Source: an uncultured Anaerolineales bacterium
Lineage (GTDB): Bacteria; Chloroflexota; Anaerolineae; Anaerolineales; UBA6663
Reading direction: 5' to 3'
NCBI GenBank assembly: GCA_964449185.1
Contig: CAYUYN010000005.1
Location: 1 to 32,150 of the forward strand
DNA: 32,150 nucleotides
Part shown: positions 18,570 to 27,180 of the stretch, piece after piece
Numbering within the stretch: position 1 is the stretch's first letter
How the letters are laid out: the number at the start of each line of letters is the position of its first letter
Notes under the pieces: generated by a model
What the model was told of the DNA's origin: nothing
The model's database searches: none
The model's input: only the letters and a program-made list of their open reading frames with translations
Translations under genes and position numbers: made by a program

Positions 18570-20024
18570 GTGGAGACCAAACCCGTGACGGTCAGCAGCG
18601 CAGAAGCGACCTGGGCGGCCCTCGACAGCCGGCCCAACCCGGCCTGGTTTCAGCAGGCCAAGATCGGGATTCTCATCCACTGGGGCGTCTATTCGGTCCC
18701 GGGCTTCGCCATGGTCTATCCCGACCGGCGCTACGGCTACGGCGGGCACTCGTGCTGGTACGGCTCGCACATCAGCGGCATTAAGCCCCTGATCGCCGAG
18801 GAGCAGGCCAAGCTGCAGGCCTTTCACCGGCGCACGTTCGGCGGCGACCCGTCCTACGAAGAAGTCGCCGCCCAGTTCCGGGCTGAGCTATGGGATCCCG
18901 ACGCCTGGGCCGACCTCTTCAAGCGCTCCGGCGCGGGCTGGGCGGTGCTGACCTCGAACTTCCACGACGGCTACTGCCTGTGGCCCAGCCCGTACAGCCC
19001 GCATTGGAACAGCGTGGACGTTGGCCCCAAGCGCGACCTGCTCGGCGACTTCAGCGACGCCCTGCGCCGCGCCGGGCTGCGCAGCGGCTTCTACTACTCC
19101 GTGCTCGAGCACAACCACCCGTTGTACCCCGAGCCGAAAGACCTCAAGCCCTACGGCGACTTGCCGCGCTTCGTGCGGGAACACATGCAGCCGCAGTTGC
19201 GCGAGGCCGTGCGGCGCTATCGACCGGACTTCATCTATCTGGACGGCGAGTGGGAGTTCCCCGAAGACGAGCTGGAGATGCGCGACTTCCTGGCGTGGCT
19301 GTACCACGAATCGCCCTGCAAGGAAGACGTCGTCATCAACGACCGTCTGGGCAAGGGCTGCCGTGGGCGGCACGGCGGGGTGTACTGTTCGGAGATCGGC
19401 ATTGAGGAGAGCGGCACCGACCACGCCTGGATTGAAGACCGGCCGCTCAGCCGCGGCAATTGGTCGCGCAACCGCGCCGAGACCCTCGACGACTACCTGA
19501 GTGAACGCGACATGCTGCACCTGCTGGCGGGCACCATGGCTCGCGGCGGCAACCTGCACTTCGACCTGTCACCCTCCGCGGACGGCACCATCCCGATGAT
19601 CCAGCAGGAGCGGCTGGTGCAGTTGGGCGAATGGCTGGCGGTCAACGGCGAGGCCATCTACGGCTCGCGCCGCTGGTCGTTGACGCACGAAGGTCCGCCG
19701 GTGCCCACCCGTAACCCCGCGCTGCACAAGGTGGACAACCATTGGCTGTGGACGGTCACCACCGAGACACCCCAGGTCCACTACACGGCCCAGGACGGAG
19801 CGCTATACGCCATCTGCCTGGCCTGGCCCGGCGCCGCGCTGACGCTCACGGCACCCGAGCCGAGCGCCGGCACGGCAGTGCGCCTGTTGGGCCTGGAGCG
19901 ACCCTTGGCCTGGCGCCCCGCGCCACGCGGCCTGACCATTACCGTCCCGCCGCTTTCCGTTGCTGAGCTGCCATGTCGCCACGCCTGGGTTTTCAAGCTG
20001 TCCGGCGTGACCAATTTGCGGTAA
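18570..20024 (+). CDS. GH29 alpha-L-fucosidase-family hydrolase (copy B) with atypical -1 subsite motifs
   Basis: WFQQAKIGILIHWG, NFHDGY (normally KHHDG), GPKRDLLG, nucleophile motif IYLDGEW, VVINDR, GEAIYG. GTG start directly after the previous stop. Confidence 0.88.
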   Translation: METKPVTVSSAEATWAALDSRPNPAWFQQAKIGILIHWGVYSVPGFAMVYPDRRYGYGGHSCWYGSHISGIKPLIAEEQAKLQAFHRRTFGGDPSYEEVAAQFRAELWDPDAWADLFKRSGAGWAVLTSNFHDGYCLWPSPYSPHWNSVDVGPKRDLLGDFSDALRRAGLRSGFYYSVLEHNHPLYPEPKDLKPYGDLPRFVREHMQPQLREAVRRYRPDFIYLDGEWEFPEDELEMRDFLAWLYHESPCKEDVVINDRLGKGCRGRHGGVYCSEIGIEESGTDHAWIEDRPLSRGNWSRNRAETLDDYLSERDMLHLLAGTMARGGNLHFDLSPSADGTIPMIQQERLVQLGEWLAVNGEAIYGSRRWSLTHEGPPVPTRNPALHKVDNHWLWTVTTETPQVHYTAQDGALYAICLAWPGAALTLTAPEPSAGTAVRLLGLERPLAWRPAPRGLTITVPPLSVAELPCRHAWVFKLSGVTNLR

Positions 20025-20067
20025 GTGTCATCACGATCCAATCCACCAGAGTAGTTACGGAGATCCC

Positions 20068-21081
20068 ATGCGCAGCGTTGTCCTAACGGAACCCTTCAAA
20101 CTTGAACTGCGCGAAGCCGCCGCGCCCACGCCTGGTCCCGGCGAGGCGCTCGTGCGCGTGCGCCGCATCGGGGTCTGCGGCACCGACCTGCACGCCTACC
20201 GCGGGCGCCAGCCGTACTTCACCTATCCCCGCATCCTGGGCCACGAAATCTCCGCCGAAATCGTCGAGGTCGGCCCCAACCCGGCCGGGCTCCAGCGCGG
20301 CGACCTGTGCGTGGTCAGCCCCCACCTCTTCTGCGGCGCCTGCATCGCCTGCCGCCAGGGCAAGACGAACTGCTGCACCACCCTGAAACTCCTGGGCGTG
20401 CACGTCGATGGCGGCCTGCGCGAGTACATCGCGGTGCCCCAGCGTAACCTGCTGCGGGCTGACGGCTTGAGCCTGGAGCAAATGGCCATGGTCGAAAACC
20501 AGGGCATCGGCGCGCACGCGGTGGACCGCGCCCGGCTTCAGCCCGGCGAAAGCATCCTGGTCATTGGCGCCGGGCCGATTGGCCTCGGTGTCATCCAGTT
20601 TGCCCGCCTGGCGGGGGCGCGTGTGCTCGTGGCCGATACCAGCGCGCAGCGGCTGGCCTTTGCGCGCCAATGGCTGCAACCGGATCACCTGCTGGAACCA
20701 ACGGATGACCCTATGGCGCAGCTAAAGGCCCTCACCGGCGGTGATCTGCCGACGGCCGTCTTCGACTGCACCGGTAGTGCCGCCTCGATGACCAAGGCCT
20801 TTGGCTACGTGGCCCACAGCGGGCGTCTGGTCATGGTCAGCCTGGTCCAGGCCGACATCACCTTCCATGACCCCGACTTTCACCGGCGCGAGCTGACCGT
20901 GCTGAGCAGCCGCAATGCCACGCACGCCGACTTCGAGCGCGTCATCCGCGCCATGGCGGCGGGTGAGTTGGTGACCGAGCCGCTGACGACTCACCGCGTG
21001 GCCCTCGACGAGGTGGTGGCGGCCTTTCCCGCCTGGCTCCAACCCGAGTCGGGCGTGCTCAAGGCCATCATCGAGCTGTGA
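20068..21081 (+). CDS. Zn-dependent MDR dehydrogenase, YjjN/LgoD (L-galactonate 5-dehydrogenase)-like
   Basis: GVCGTDLHAYRGRQPYFTYPRILGHE, CGACIACRQGKTNCC, GAGPIG, DFHRRELTVLSSRNA. SD GGAG. Confidence 0.85.
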   Translation: MRSVVLTEPFKLELREAAAPTPGPGEALVRVRRIGVCGTDLHAYRGRQPYFTYPRILGHEISAEIVEVGPNPAGLQRGDLCVVSPHLFCGACIACRQGKTNCCTTLKLLGVHVDGGLREYIAVPQRNLLRADGLSLEQMAMVENQGIGAHAVDRARLQPGESILVIGAGPIGLGVIQFARLAGARVLVADTSAQRLAFARQWLQPDHLLEPTDDPMAQLKALTGGDLPTAVFDCTGSAASMTKAFGYVAHSGRLVMVSLVQADITFHDPDFHRRELTVLSSRNATHADFERVIRAMAAGELVTEPLTTHRVALDEVVAAFPAWLQPESGVLKAIIEL

Positions 21082-21095
21082 GGCGGAGAAGAACC

Positions 21096-21938
21096 ATGCG
21101 CATCGACTCGCACCAGCACTTCTGGCAATACGACCCCGCCGAGCATGTCTGGATGACCGACGCCATGGCCGACCTCAAGCGTGACCACCTGCCGGCCGAC
21201 CTGCTGCCCCTGCTTGAACAAACGGGCCTGGACGGCACGGTGGCAGTCCAGGCCCGGCAGAATCTCAAGGAAACCGAATGGCTGCTGGCGCTTGCGGATG
21301 AGTATGACTTCATTCGCGGGGTGGTGGGCTGGGTGGACCTGCTCTCACCCGATGTGCGCGACCAGTTGGCGTTGTACGCCGCGCATCCCCGGCTCGTTGG
21401 CGTACGGCACGTCGTCCACGACGAGCCCGACGACAACTTCATGCTGCGGCCCGATTTTCTGCGCGGCCTGGAGGCGCTGGCGGAGTTTGACCTCGCCTAT
21501 GACTTGCTGCTCTTCCCCAAACACCTGCCGGTGGCCGCGCAGGTCGTGCAGCAGTTCCCGCGCCAGCGCTTTGTGCTCGACCACATCGGCAAGCCGCTCA
21601 TCAAAGCGGGCACGCTCGCGCCCTGGGACGCCGACTTGCGCGCCCTGGCCCGCTTCGACAACGTTTACTGCAAGGTCTCAGGCATGGTCACCGAAGCCGC
21701 CTGGCGCGCGTGGCAGCCCGCGGACTTCGTGCCCTTTCTAGAGGTGGTCTTTGACTGCTTCGGCATCCAGCGCTTACTCTTCGGGTCGGACTGGCCCGTC
21801 TGCACCCTCGCCGCCGATTACCCGGACGTCGTTGACCTGGTGCGCGTCCACAGCGGCGCGCTGGGCGCCGCAGCGCAAGAGCGCCTGTTTGGGCGCAACG
21901 CGGAGGAGTTCTACAAGCTGCTGGCCGATAAGAGATAG
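21096..21938 (+). CDS. Amidohydrolase_2 / COG3618 sugar lactonase (L-fucono- or L-galactono-1,5-lactonase-like)
   Basis: MRIDSHQHFW, VAVQA, GVVGWVDL, GVRH, VLDHIGKP, CKVSG, FGSDWPV. SD GGAG before ATG 21096. Confidence 0.88.
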   Translation: MRIDSHQHFWQYDPAEHVWMTDAMADLKRDHLPADLLPLLEQTGLDGTVAVQARQNLKETEWLLALADEYDFIRGVVGWVDLLSPDVRDQLALYAAHPRLVGVRHVVHDEPDDNFMLRPDFLRGLEALAEFDLAYDLLLFPKHLPVAAQVVQQFPRQRFVLDHIGKPLIKAGTLAPWDADLRALARFDNVYCKVSGMVTEAAWRAWQPADFVPFLEVVFDCFGIQRLLFGSDWPVCTLAADYPDVVDLVRVHSGALGAAAQERLFGRNAEEFYKLLADKR

Positions 21939-21989
21939 GGCCTCGCAAGGAAAAAATAGAGTCTATAGAGCCGCGCTGGCGCGCTGGGT

Positions 21990-23309
21990 TCAGCGCACTC
22001 GCCGCAGCAGATCGGTGTGGGCGGCGTCCAACTCGTGACGGGCCTGGGCGAAGTCCAGGGTGGTCCAGGCATTGTCGCGAAACAGCCAGCGCCCATTCAC
22101 CATGACGTCGCGCACATGCTGACCGGTCACCGAGTAGACCAGCGCGGTGTAGGCGTCCTGTCCCCCGAGCGGGCCCCAGCCAATCTCGTCCAGGTCCAGG
22201 GCGATTAGATCGGCTTTCTTACCAACTTCCAGCGACCCAATCTCATTTTCCAGGCCCAATGCCCGGGCGCCTCCCAGCGTGGCCATCTCCAGGAGCTTGC
22301 GCGTTGGAACGGCATTGGGCGTGCGCTCGTGCAGGCTCATCAGCTTGCCCAGGATCTGCATCTCCTTGAACAGGTCGTAGCTGTTGTTGTTGGTGACGTT
22401 GTCCGTGCCCAGGGCGGTGTTGACCCCGGCCGCGTGCATGGCCAGGAGCGGCGGCACACCGGCGGCGTTGCGCATGGCCGAGGATGGCGCCAGCACCGCC
22501 GTGAATGGATGGCGCGCGAGCGTCGGCAGGTCCTCGACCGGCACCGTGATGCAGTGCGCGGCCAGCACGGGACGGCCCAGCACGCCCATGGCCTCCAGTT
22601 GCGGCACCGCGTTGCGCCCGTAGTGCTCGCGGCAGTAGCGGTCTTCCTCGCCGCTGGTGCCCAGGTGGACGTGCAGCCCGGTCTTGAACCGGCCCGCCAA
22701 GTCCAGCTCCAGCCGCATGGCGGCCTCGCTGTTGTCCACAAAGAAGGCGTGCGGTCCCACCCAGCCGTCGATCAGCGGGTCGCCCGCTAGGCTGATGAGG
22801 AAGGCCGTGGCCGCGGCCAACTCGCGCTCGCGCGCCGCCTCGCTGCCCAGCTCAACGATGCCGTAGGCCAGCGCCGCCCGCAGCCCGCTCTGGCGCACGA
22901 CCGGCGCGATGCGGTCCATCCAAAAGTATTGGTCGGCGAAACACGTGGTGCCGGTGCGGATCATCTCCGCGCACGAGACGGCCACCGCGGCCGGGATCAT
23001 CTCCGGCTCCATCACTTCTTCCAACACCCGGATCGTGTTGAACCAGCCATCCAGCGTGAACAGCGATCGGCCCTCGGCGTGGCCGCGAAACAGCGTCATG
23101 GGCGAGTGCGTATGCGCGTTCACCAGGCCGGGCATTACCAGGCGCCGGCCCAGGTCCACAGTGTGGTCGAAGCGGCGGGTGTTGAGTTGATCTGGCGGGC
23201 CGATTTCGACCAGGCGCTCGTTCTCCACGACCACATAGCCCGGTTGATAGAGGTGGTCGTGCGCATCCAGGGTCAAGACCTGTTCAGCTTGAAGCAGGGT
23301 GGCCGTCAT
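21990..23309 (-). CDS. Metal-dependent amidohydrolase, MtaD/AtzA-like deaminase family
   Basis: MPGLVNAHTH, EMIRTGTTCFAD, HVH, AAHC, LGTD, MATLGGARALG, GSLEVGKKADLI. True start is MTATLL at 23309; the rest of the 951-aa track ORF is mostly the antisense shadow of hemW. Confidence 0.88.
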   Translation of the reverse strand: MTATLLQAEQVLTLDAHDHLYQPGYVVVENERLVEIGPPDQLNTRRFDHTVDLGRRLVMPGLVNAHTHSPMTLFRGHAEGRSLFTLDGWFNTIRVLEEVMEPEMIPAAVAVSCAEMIRTGTTCFADQYFWMDRIAPVVRQSGLRAALAYGIVELGSEAARERELAAATAFLISLAGDPLIDGWVGPHAFFVDNSEAAMRLELDLAGRFKTGLHVHLGTSGEEDRYCREHYGRNAVPQLEAMGVLGRPVLAAHCITVPVEDLPTLARHPFTAVLAPSSAMRNAAGVPPLLAMHAAGVNTALGTDNVTNNNSYDLFKEMQILGKLMSLHERTPNAVPTRKLLEMATLGGARALGLENEIGSLEVGKKADLIALDLDEIGWGPLGGQDAYTALVYSVTGQHVRDVMVNGRWLFRDNAWTTLDFAQARHELDAAHTDLLRRVR

Positions 23310-23420
23310 CGGTAGTCTCTCTAAGGGCTTGCTGGCGCACAGGCGCGCAGTACCTGGGCAGTATCTTACTCCGAAAGAGGTGCGGCACGATTGCAGCGTG
23401 CCGGCCGCAGCTTGGAAGCG

Positions 23421-23484
23421 AGGCCCGAAGGGTTTCGCTGGCGCTATGAGCAGGTCGGCTGAATGGACGAAACCCTTCGGGTCT
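23421..23484. repeat. Inverted pair of REP-like units (REPIN/BIME-like)
   Basis: AGGCCCGAAGGGTTTCG (23421-23437) and CGAAACCCTTCGGGTCT (23468-23484): 16 of 17 complementary, 30-nt spacer. Each arm contains its own mini-hairpin CCC-GAA-GGG. Confidence 0.75.
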
Positions 23485-23545
23485 GGTGGTTGGCGGCAGG
23501 CGCCGCCCTGCACGTGGCGGCCTAGTACAAGCGGCAGGCACCGTG

Positions 23546-23551
23546 TAGAAT
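23546..23551 (+). promoter_or_regulatory. -10 box (TAGAAT) positioned for a leaderless hemW transcript
   Basis: TAGAAT ends 7 nt before ATG 23559; no SD sequence. Confidence 0.5.
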
Positions 23552-23558
23552 CAGCCGT

Positions 23559-24890
23559 ATGCTTGCTCACCTGCTTCCAGCCGGCGAGATCGGAGCCTCG
23601 CCGTCGGGCTTGGCGTCCGCGCCGCTCAGCCTCTACCTCCACATCCCCTTCTGTCAGGTTCGCTGCGCCTACTGCGATTTCAACACCTACGCCGGCCTGG
23701 ACGGCCTGATGGCGCCCTACGGCCGTGCCCTGGCACGCGAGGTGCGCGCCGTCGCGACGGCGGCTGATGCGGTTGACGCCAACCGTGCGGTTCACACGGT
23801 ATTTTTCGGCGGTGGCACGCCTTCGCTGTTGCCGTTGGCGTACTACGCGGAAATCCTTGCCGCGCTGCGCGAGGGTTTCGCGTTCACCCCCGACGCCGAG
23901 CTTACCCTGGAGGCGAACCCCGGCACGGTGGATCAGGCCTATTTGGATGGGCTGCGCGCGCTCGGCGTCAACCGGCTGTCGTTTGGCGTGCAGTCCACGC
24001 ATGCGGCCGAGCTTAAGCTGCTCGACCGGCTGCACAGTTTTGAGGACGTGCTCCGGGCCGTGGCTGATGCGCGTGCGGCCGGATTTGGCAGCGCCAATGG
24101 CGGCCTCAACCTCGACCTGATCTTTGCGGTCCCGCACCAGACGCTCGCCATGTGGCAGGCATCCGTGCTGCGGTCCCTGGCCCTGGCGCCCGAGCACCTC
24201 TCGCTCTACGCCCTCTCTCTCGAAAACGGCACGCCGCTCCGCTCCTGGGTCTATCGCGGCCTGCTCCCGCTGCCCGATCCCGACCTCGCCGCCGATATGT
24301 ATACCTGGGCCAGCGACACCCTGGCCGCGCATGGCTACCGGCAGTACGAGATTTCGAATTGGGCGATTGATGAGAAGTCGGAAGTCAGAAGTCGGAAGTC
24401 TGGCATCCAGGCTGCGTCGTCGCCCACTCTCATCTCTGACTTCCGCCCTCCCACCTCCATGCCCCGTTTCGCCTGCCGCCACAACCTCCAATACTGGCGC
24501 AACCAACCCTACCTTGGTCTGGGCGCCGGGGCGCATGGCTGTGCGGGCGGCTGGCGGTATTCCAACGTGCTGGCGCCGGGGGCCTACATCGAACGGCTGG
24601 AGGCGGACGTTGGGCGCGACTTCCCGTTCTCGCCAGCTCTGCTGCAATCGACGCCGGTCAGCGCCGAAGACGCCATGGACGAGACGATGATGTTGGGCTT
24701 GCGGCTGATTGGCGAGGGCGTGCGCGCGGCTGACTTCGAGGCGCGCTATGGACTGACTCTTACCGAAAAGTACGGCCGCCGGCTGCGGCATCTCCAGCAG
24801 TTGGGCCTGGTGGAATGGGACGCCGTGGGCGTGCGGCTGACGCACGGGGGGCGGCTGCTGGGCAACCGCGTCTTTCGGGAGTTTGTGTAG
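23559..24890 (+). CDS. hemW: Radical SAM heme chaperone HemW (HemN-like)
   Basis: SLYLHIPFCQVRCAYCDF (CxxxCxxC), TVFFGGGTPS, LEANP, NRLSFGVQS, YEISNW, CRHNLQYW (HNxxYW HemW motif), GLGAGAH. Confidence 0.93.
   Translation: MLAHLLPAGEIGASPSGLASAPLSLYLHIPFCQVRCAYCDFNTYAGLDGLMAPYGRALAREVRAVATAADAVDANRAVHTVFFGGGTPSLLPLAYYAEILAALREGFAFTPDAELTLEANPGTVDQAYLDGLRALGVNRLSFGVQSTHAAELKLLDRLHSFEDVLRAVADARAAGFGSANGGLNLDLIFAVPHQTLAMWQASVLRSLALAPEHLSLYALSLENGTPLRSWVYRGLLPLPDPDLAADMYTWASDTLAAHGYRQYEISNWAIDEKSEVRSRKSGIQAASSPTLISDFRPPTSMPRFACRHNLQYWRNQPYLGLGAGAHGCAGGWRYSNVLAPGAYIERLEADVGRDFPFSPALLQSTPVSAEDAMDETMMLGLRLIGEGVRAADFEARYGLTLTEKYGRRLRHLQQLGLVEWDAVGVRLTHGGRLLGNRVFREFV
24374..24456. repeat. Heptamer tandem repeat with degenerate inverted arm, in frame within hemW
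   Basis: GAAGTCG GAAGTCA GAAGTCG GAAGTCT (24374-24401) and CTCATCT CTGACTT CCGCCCT CCCACCT (24429-24456). TCTGACTTCCG (24435-24445) is the exact reverse complement of 24379-24389. Confidence 0.8.
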
Positions 24891-24896
24891 CGCGGG

Positions 24897-25967
24897 CTAC
24901 CTCTGGCGGTTGAGGAGCTGGTCGGTGAGCTCGTGCAGCGCCTGTCCGGCCGGCTCCTCCGCACAGGCCAGCGCCAGCGCGGTGAGCGCCTGCGCCGTGG
25001 TGGCCTGCACCTGCTGCTCCACGTAGCTGCGGGCGCCCAGTTGCTCCAGCATGGAAGCCAGGGCCTGGACCGGCTCGCCAGGCCGGTGCGGCTGCGCATA
25101 GGCAGCCGCAAATTCGGGCGAGCGCTCCAGCCCGTACACCACCGGCAGGCACTTCTTCCGCTTCTCCAGGTCGCTCGCCGCCGACTTGCCCGTCACCCCC
25201 GGGTCGCCCCAAATGCCCAGCAAGTCATCCTGCAACTGAAAGGCCACGCCCAGGTTCCAACCGAAATCATGAAAGTGGGCCAGCCGCTCCGCCGGCGCGC
25301 GCGCCACGGCTGCGCCCAGGTAGGTGGCGGCGGCAATCAAGGCGGCCGTCTTCTTTTCGATCATCGACAGGTACTCGGCCACGCTGATGCTGGGCCGCTG
25401 CTCAAAGCTCATATCCAAATGCTGGCCCTGTGTTAGGGCCAAGCAGGTGTAGTCCAGCTCGGCCAGTGCGGCCAGCGCCACCTCCGGCGCTAAACCCAGC
25501 TTCGGCAGGCGGTGCGGCGCCAGGTGGGCCAGGGTGAACATGGCATCGCCGGCGTTAATGGCCTGCGCCTGGCCCCATTTGATCCACACGGTCGGGCGCC
25601 CGCGCCGCAGCTCGCTGTTATCCTGAATGTCGTCGTGGATGAGCGAAAAGTTGTGGATGAGCTCCACGGCGGCGGCCAGGGGCAGGGCCTGTTCCCATTG
25701 CCCCCCGGCGGCTGTACAGCACAACAGGCACAGCAGGGGCCGGATACGCTTGCCCGTGCTGGTATTGTCGGTCCAGCCCAGATGGTAGGCCAGCATCTTG
25801 TAATACTCGCCCAAAAACTCAGGCGGCGTGCCATCGGTGGGTACCGGGGGCGTCAGGCTGCGCGCAGCCAGGGAGGCCACGACGTGGATTGGCCCGGAGC
25901 CAATGGCCCGGCGCAATTCGTCTTCCAAGGCGGCCAGGTAAGGCGGGGCAAGTTGTTCGAGTGACAT
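24897..25967 (-). CDS. Short-chain polyprenyl diphosphate synthase, archaeal/type-I GGPP synthase-like (IdsA/CrtE)
   Basis: GKRIRP, FARM NFSLIHDDIQD (Phe five residues upstream), RRGRPT, AINAGD, GQHLD, KKTA, SARM FQLQDDLLG. Start MSLEQL at 25967. Confidence 0.92.
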   Translation of the reverse strand: MSLEQLAPPYLAALEDELRRAIGSGPIHVVASLAARSLTPPVPTDGTPPEFLGEYYKMLAYHLGWTDNTSTGKRIRPLLCLLCCTAAGGQWEQALPLAAAVELIHNFSLIHDDIQDNSELRRGRPTVWIKWGQAQAINAGDAMFTLAHLAPHRLPKLGLAPEVALAALAELDYTCLALTQGQHLDMSFEQRPSISVAEYLSMIEKKTAALIAAATYLGAAVARAPAERLAHFHDFGWNLGVAFQLQDDLLGIWGDPGVTGKSAASDLEKRKKCLPVVYGLERSPEFAAAYAQPHRPGEPVQALASMLEQLGARSYVEQQVQATTAQALTALALACAEEPAGQALHELTDQLLNRQR

Positions 25968-25980
25968 GGTTGGTGGTACA

Positions 25981-26006
25981 GCTGCGGGCAGGCGCAAGCC
26001 CGCAGC
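25981..26006. repeat. Intercistronic hairpin between fni and the prenyltransferase
   Basis: GCTGCGGGC - AGGCGCAA - GCCCGCAGC, perfect 9-bp stem with no U-tract. Confidence 0.6.
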
Positions 26007-26014
26007 GGCCGGGG

Positions 26015-27043
26015 TTAGACTTTCACGAGCCGTGTCTTCTGAAGGGCGGCAATGCTGCCGGCGCCGGCCGCGAACATGGCAATGCGCAGCTCCCGGCCGA
26101 GCCCCTCGATTGTTTCGATCGTGGCTTCGGTCGATACGGCCGCGGCTTTGAGGAAGGGGCTGGCCAGGCCGCCCATGGTGGCGCCCAGCGCCACGCACTT
26201 GGCCACGTCAATCCCGTCGCGCAGCCCGCCCGAGGCGATGAGGCCCAGTTCCGGGGCGACACTGCGGACGTTGATGAGCGACTCGGCCGTGGGGATGCCC
26301 CAATCGATAAAGGCGGCCGCGATGCGCTTCTGCGCGGCCGTCCGGGCACGGTGCATCTCCACTTGCGACCAGGACGTGCCCCCGGCGCCGGCCACGTCGA
26401 TGGCCGACACGCCGGCCTCGGCCAGGCGGTAGGCTGAATCTTCCGACATGCCCCAGCCCACCTCTTTGCCAATGACCGGCACCGGCAGGGCGCGGCACAC
26501 CTCCGCCACTTTCTTCATGAGCCCGGCAAAGTTTGTGTCGCCCTCGGGCTGCACCGCCTCCTGCAGGGCATTGAAGTGCAGGATGAGGGCGTCGGCCTCG
26601 AGCATGTCTACCGCCCGCCGGCACTGGTCCACGCTAAAGCCATAGTTGAGCTGGACCGCGCCTAAATTCGCGAACAGCAGCACATCCGGCGCCACGGACC
26701 GCACCTGGAACGTGGCCGCCAGGGCCGGGTCTTCGAGCGCCACGCGCTGCGAACCCAGCCCCATGGCGATGCCGGTGGCCTGGGCGGCCTCGGCCAGGGT
26801 GTGGTTGATGGCGCGGGCGGTCTCGGTGCCGCCGGTCATGGAGGAGATAAGCAGGGGGAAACGCAGGGTCTTGCCAAACCAATCAACGCGGGTGTCCACC
26901 TGCGCCAGGTCCAGTTCGGGCACCGCCTCGTGGACAAAGCGATAGCGCTCCAGGCCGGTCGTCAGGCCGGAGCGCACGTCCTCTTCCAGGTTGATGCGGA
27001 TGTGATCGGCTTTGCGTGCCGTTGTGCCCGTAACTTCAGCCAT
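26015..27043 (-). CDS. fni: Type 2 isopentenyl-diphosphate delta-isomerase (FMN-dependent)
   Basis: [62 protein letters not shown]. Confidence 0.95.
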   Translation of the reverse strand: MAEVTGTTARKADHIRINLEEDVRSGLTTGLERYRFVHEAVPELDLAQVDTRVDWFGKTLRFPLLISSMTGGTETARAINHTLAEAAQATGIAMGLGSQRVALEDPALAATFQVRSVAPDVLLFANLGAVQLNYGFSVDQCRRAVDMLEADALILHFNALQEAVQPEGDTNFAGLMKKVAEVCRALPVPVIGKEVGWGMSEDSAYRLAEAGVSAIDVAGAGGTSWSQVEMHRARTAAQKRIAAAFIDWGIPTAESLINVRSVAPELGLIASGGLRDGIDVAKCVALGATMGGLASPFLKAAAVSTEATIETIEGLGRELRIAMFAAGAGSIAALQKTRLVKV

Positions 27044-27086
27044 GCGTCGGGGTTTCTAATAGGTGAACGCCAGCCTTACGGCCGCA

Positions 27087-27115
27087 ATAGTACCAGCCGG
27101 GATTGCGCCTGTCAA
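27087..27115 (-). promoter_or_regulatory. Sigma70 promoter for fni-GGPPS
   Basis: Minus strand TTGACA (27115-27110), 17 nt, TACTAT (27092-27087). Confidence 0.75.
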
Positions 27116-27120
27116 CTAGA

Positions 27121-27135
27121 CTGACCGCCGGTCAG
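27121..27135. promoter_or_regulatory. Palindrome between back-to-back promoters (candidate regulator site)
   Basis: CTGACCG-C-CGGTCAG, perfect 7-1-7 dyad between the two -35 boxes. Confidence 0.45.
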
Positions 27136-27152
27136 CGTTTGGGCCGTGCGCC

Positions 27153-27180
27153 TTGACAAGCGGTCACCGTAACATACAAT
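27153..27180 (+). promoter_or_regulatory. Sigma70 promoter for acpP
   Basis: TTGACA (27153-27158), 16 nt, TACAAT (27175-27180). Confidence 0.75.

Noticed and set aside
24374-24401. Heptamer arrays (here and at 31142-31169) as possible CRISPR or phase-variation tracts
   Set aside because: No spacers, no 23-47 bp repeats and no cas genes. The units are imperfect, so slippage-based switching is unsupported.
21990-24845. 951-aa minus-strand ORF suggesting a large fusion amidohydrolase
   Set aside because: Only the last 439 aa (from 23309) are amidohydrolase-like. The rest is the antisense shadow of hemW plus an intergenic repeat, and reads as non-protein-like sequence.
25968-26198. 77-aa N-terminal extension of the prenyltransferase
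   Set aside because: Overlaps the 3' end of fni in another frame and crosses the hairpin; family similarity begins at MSLEQL.
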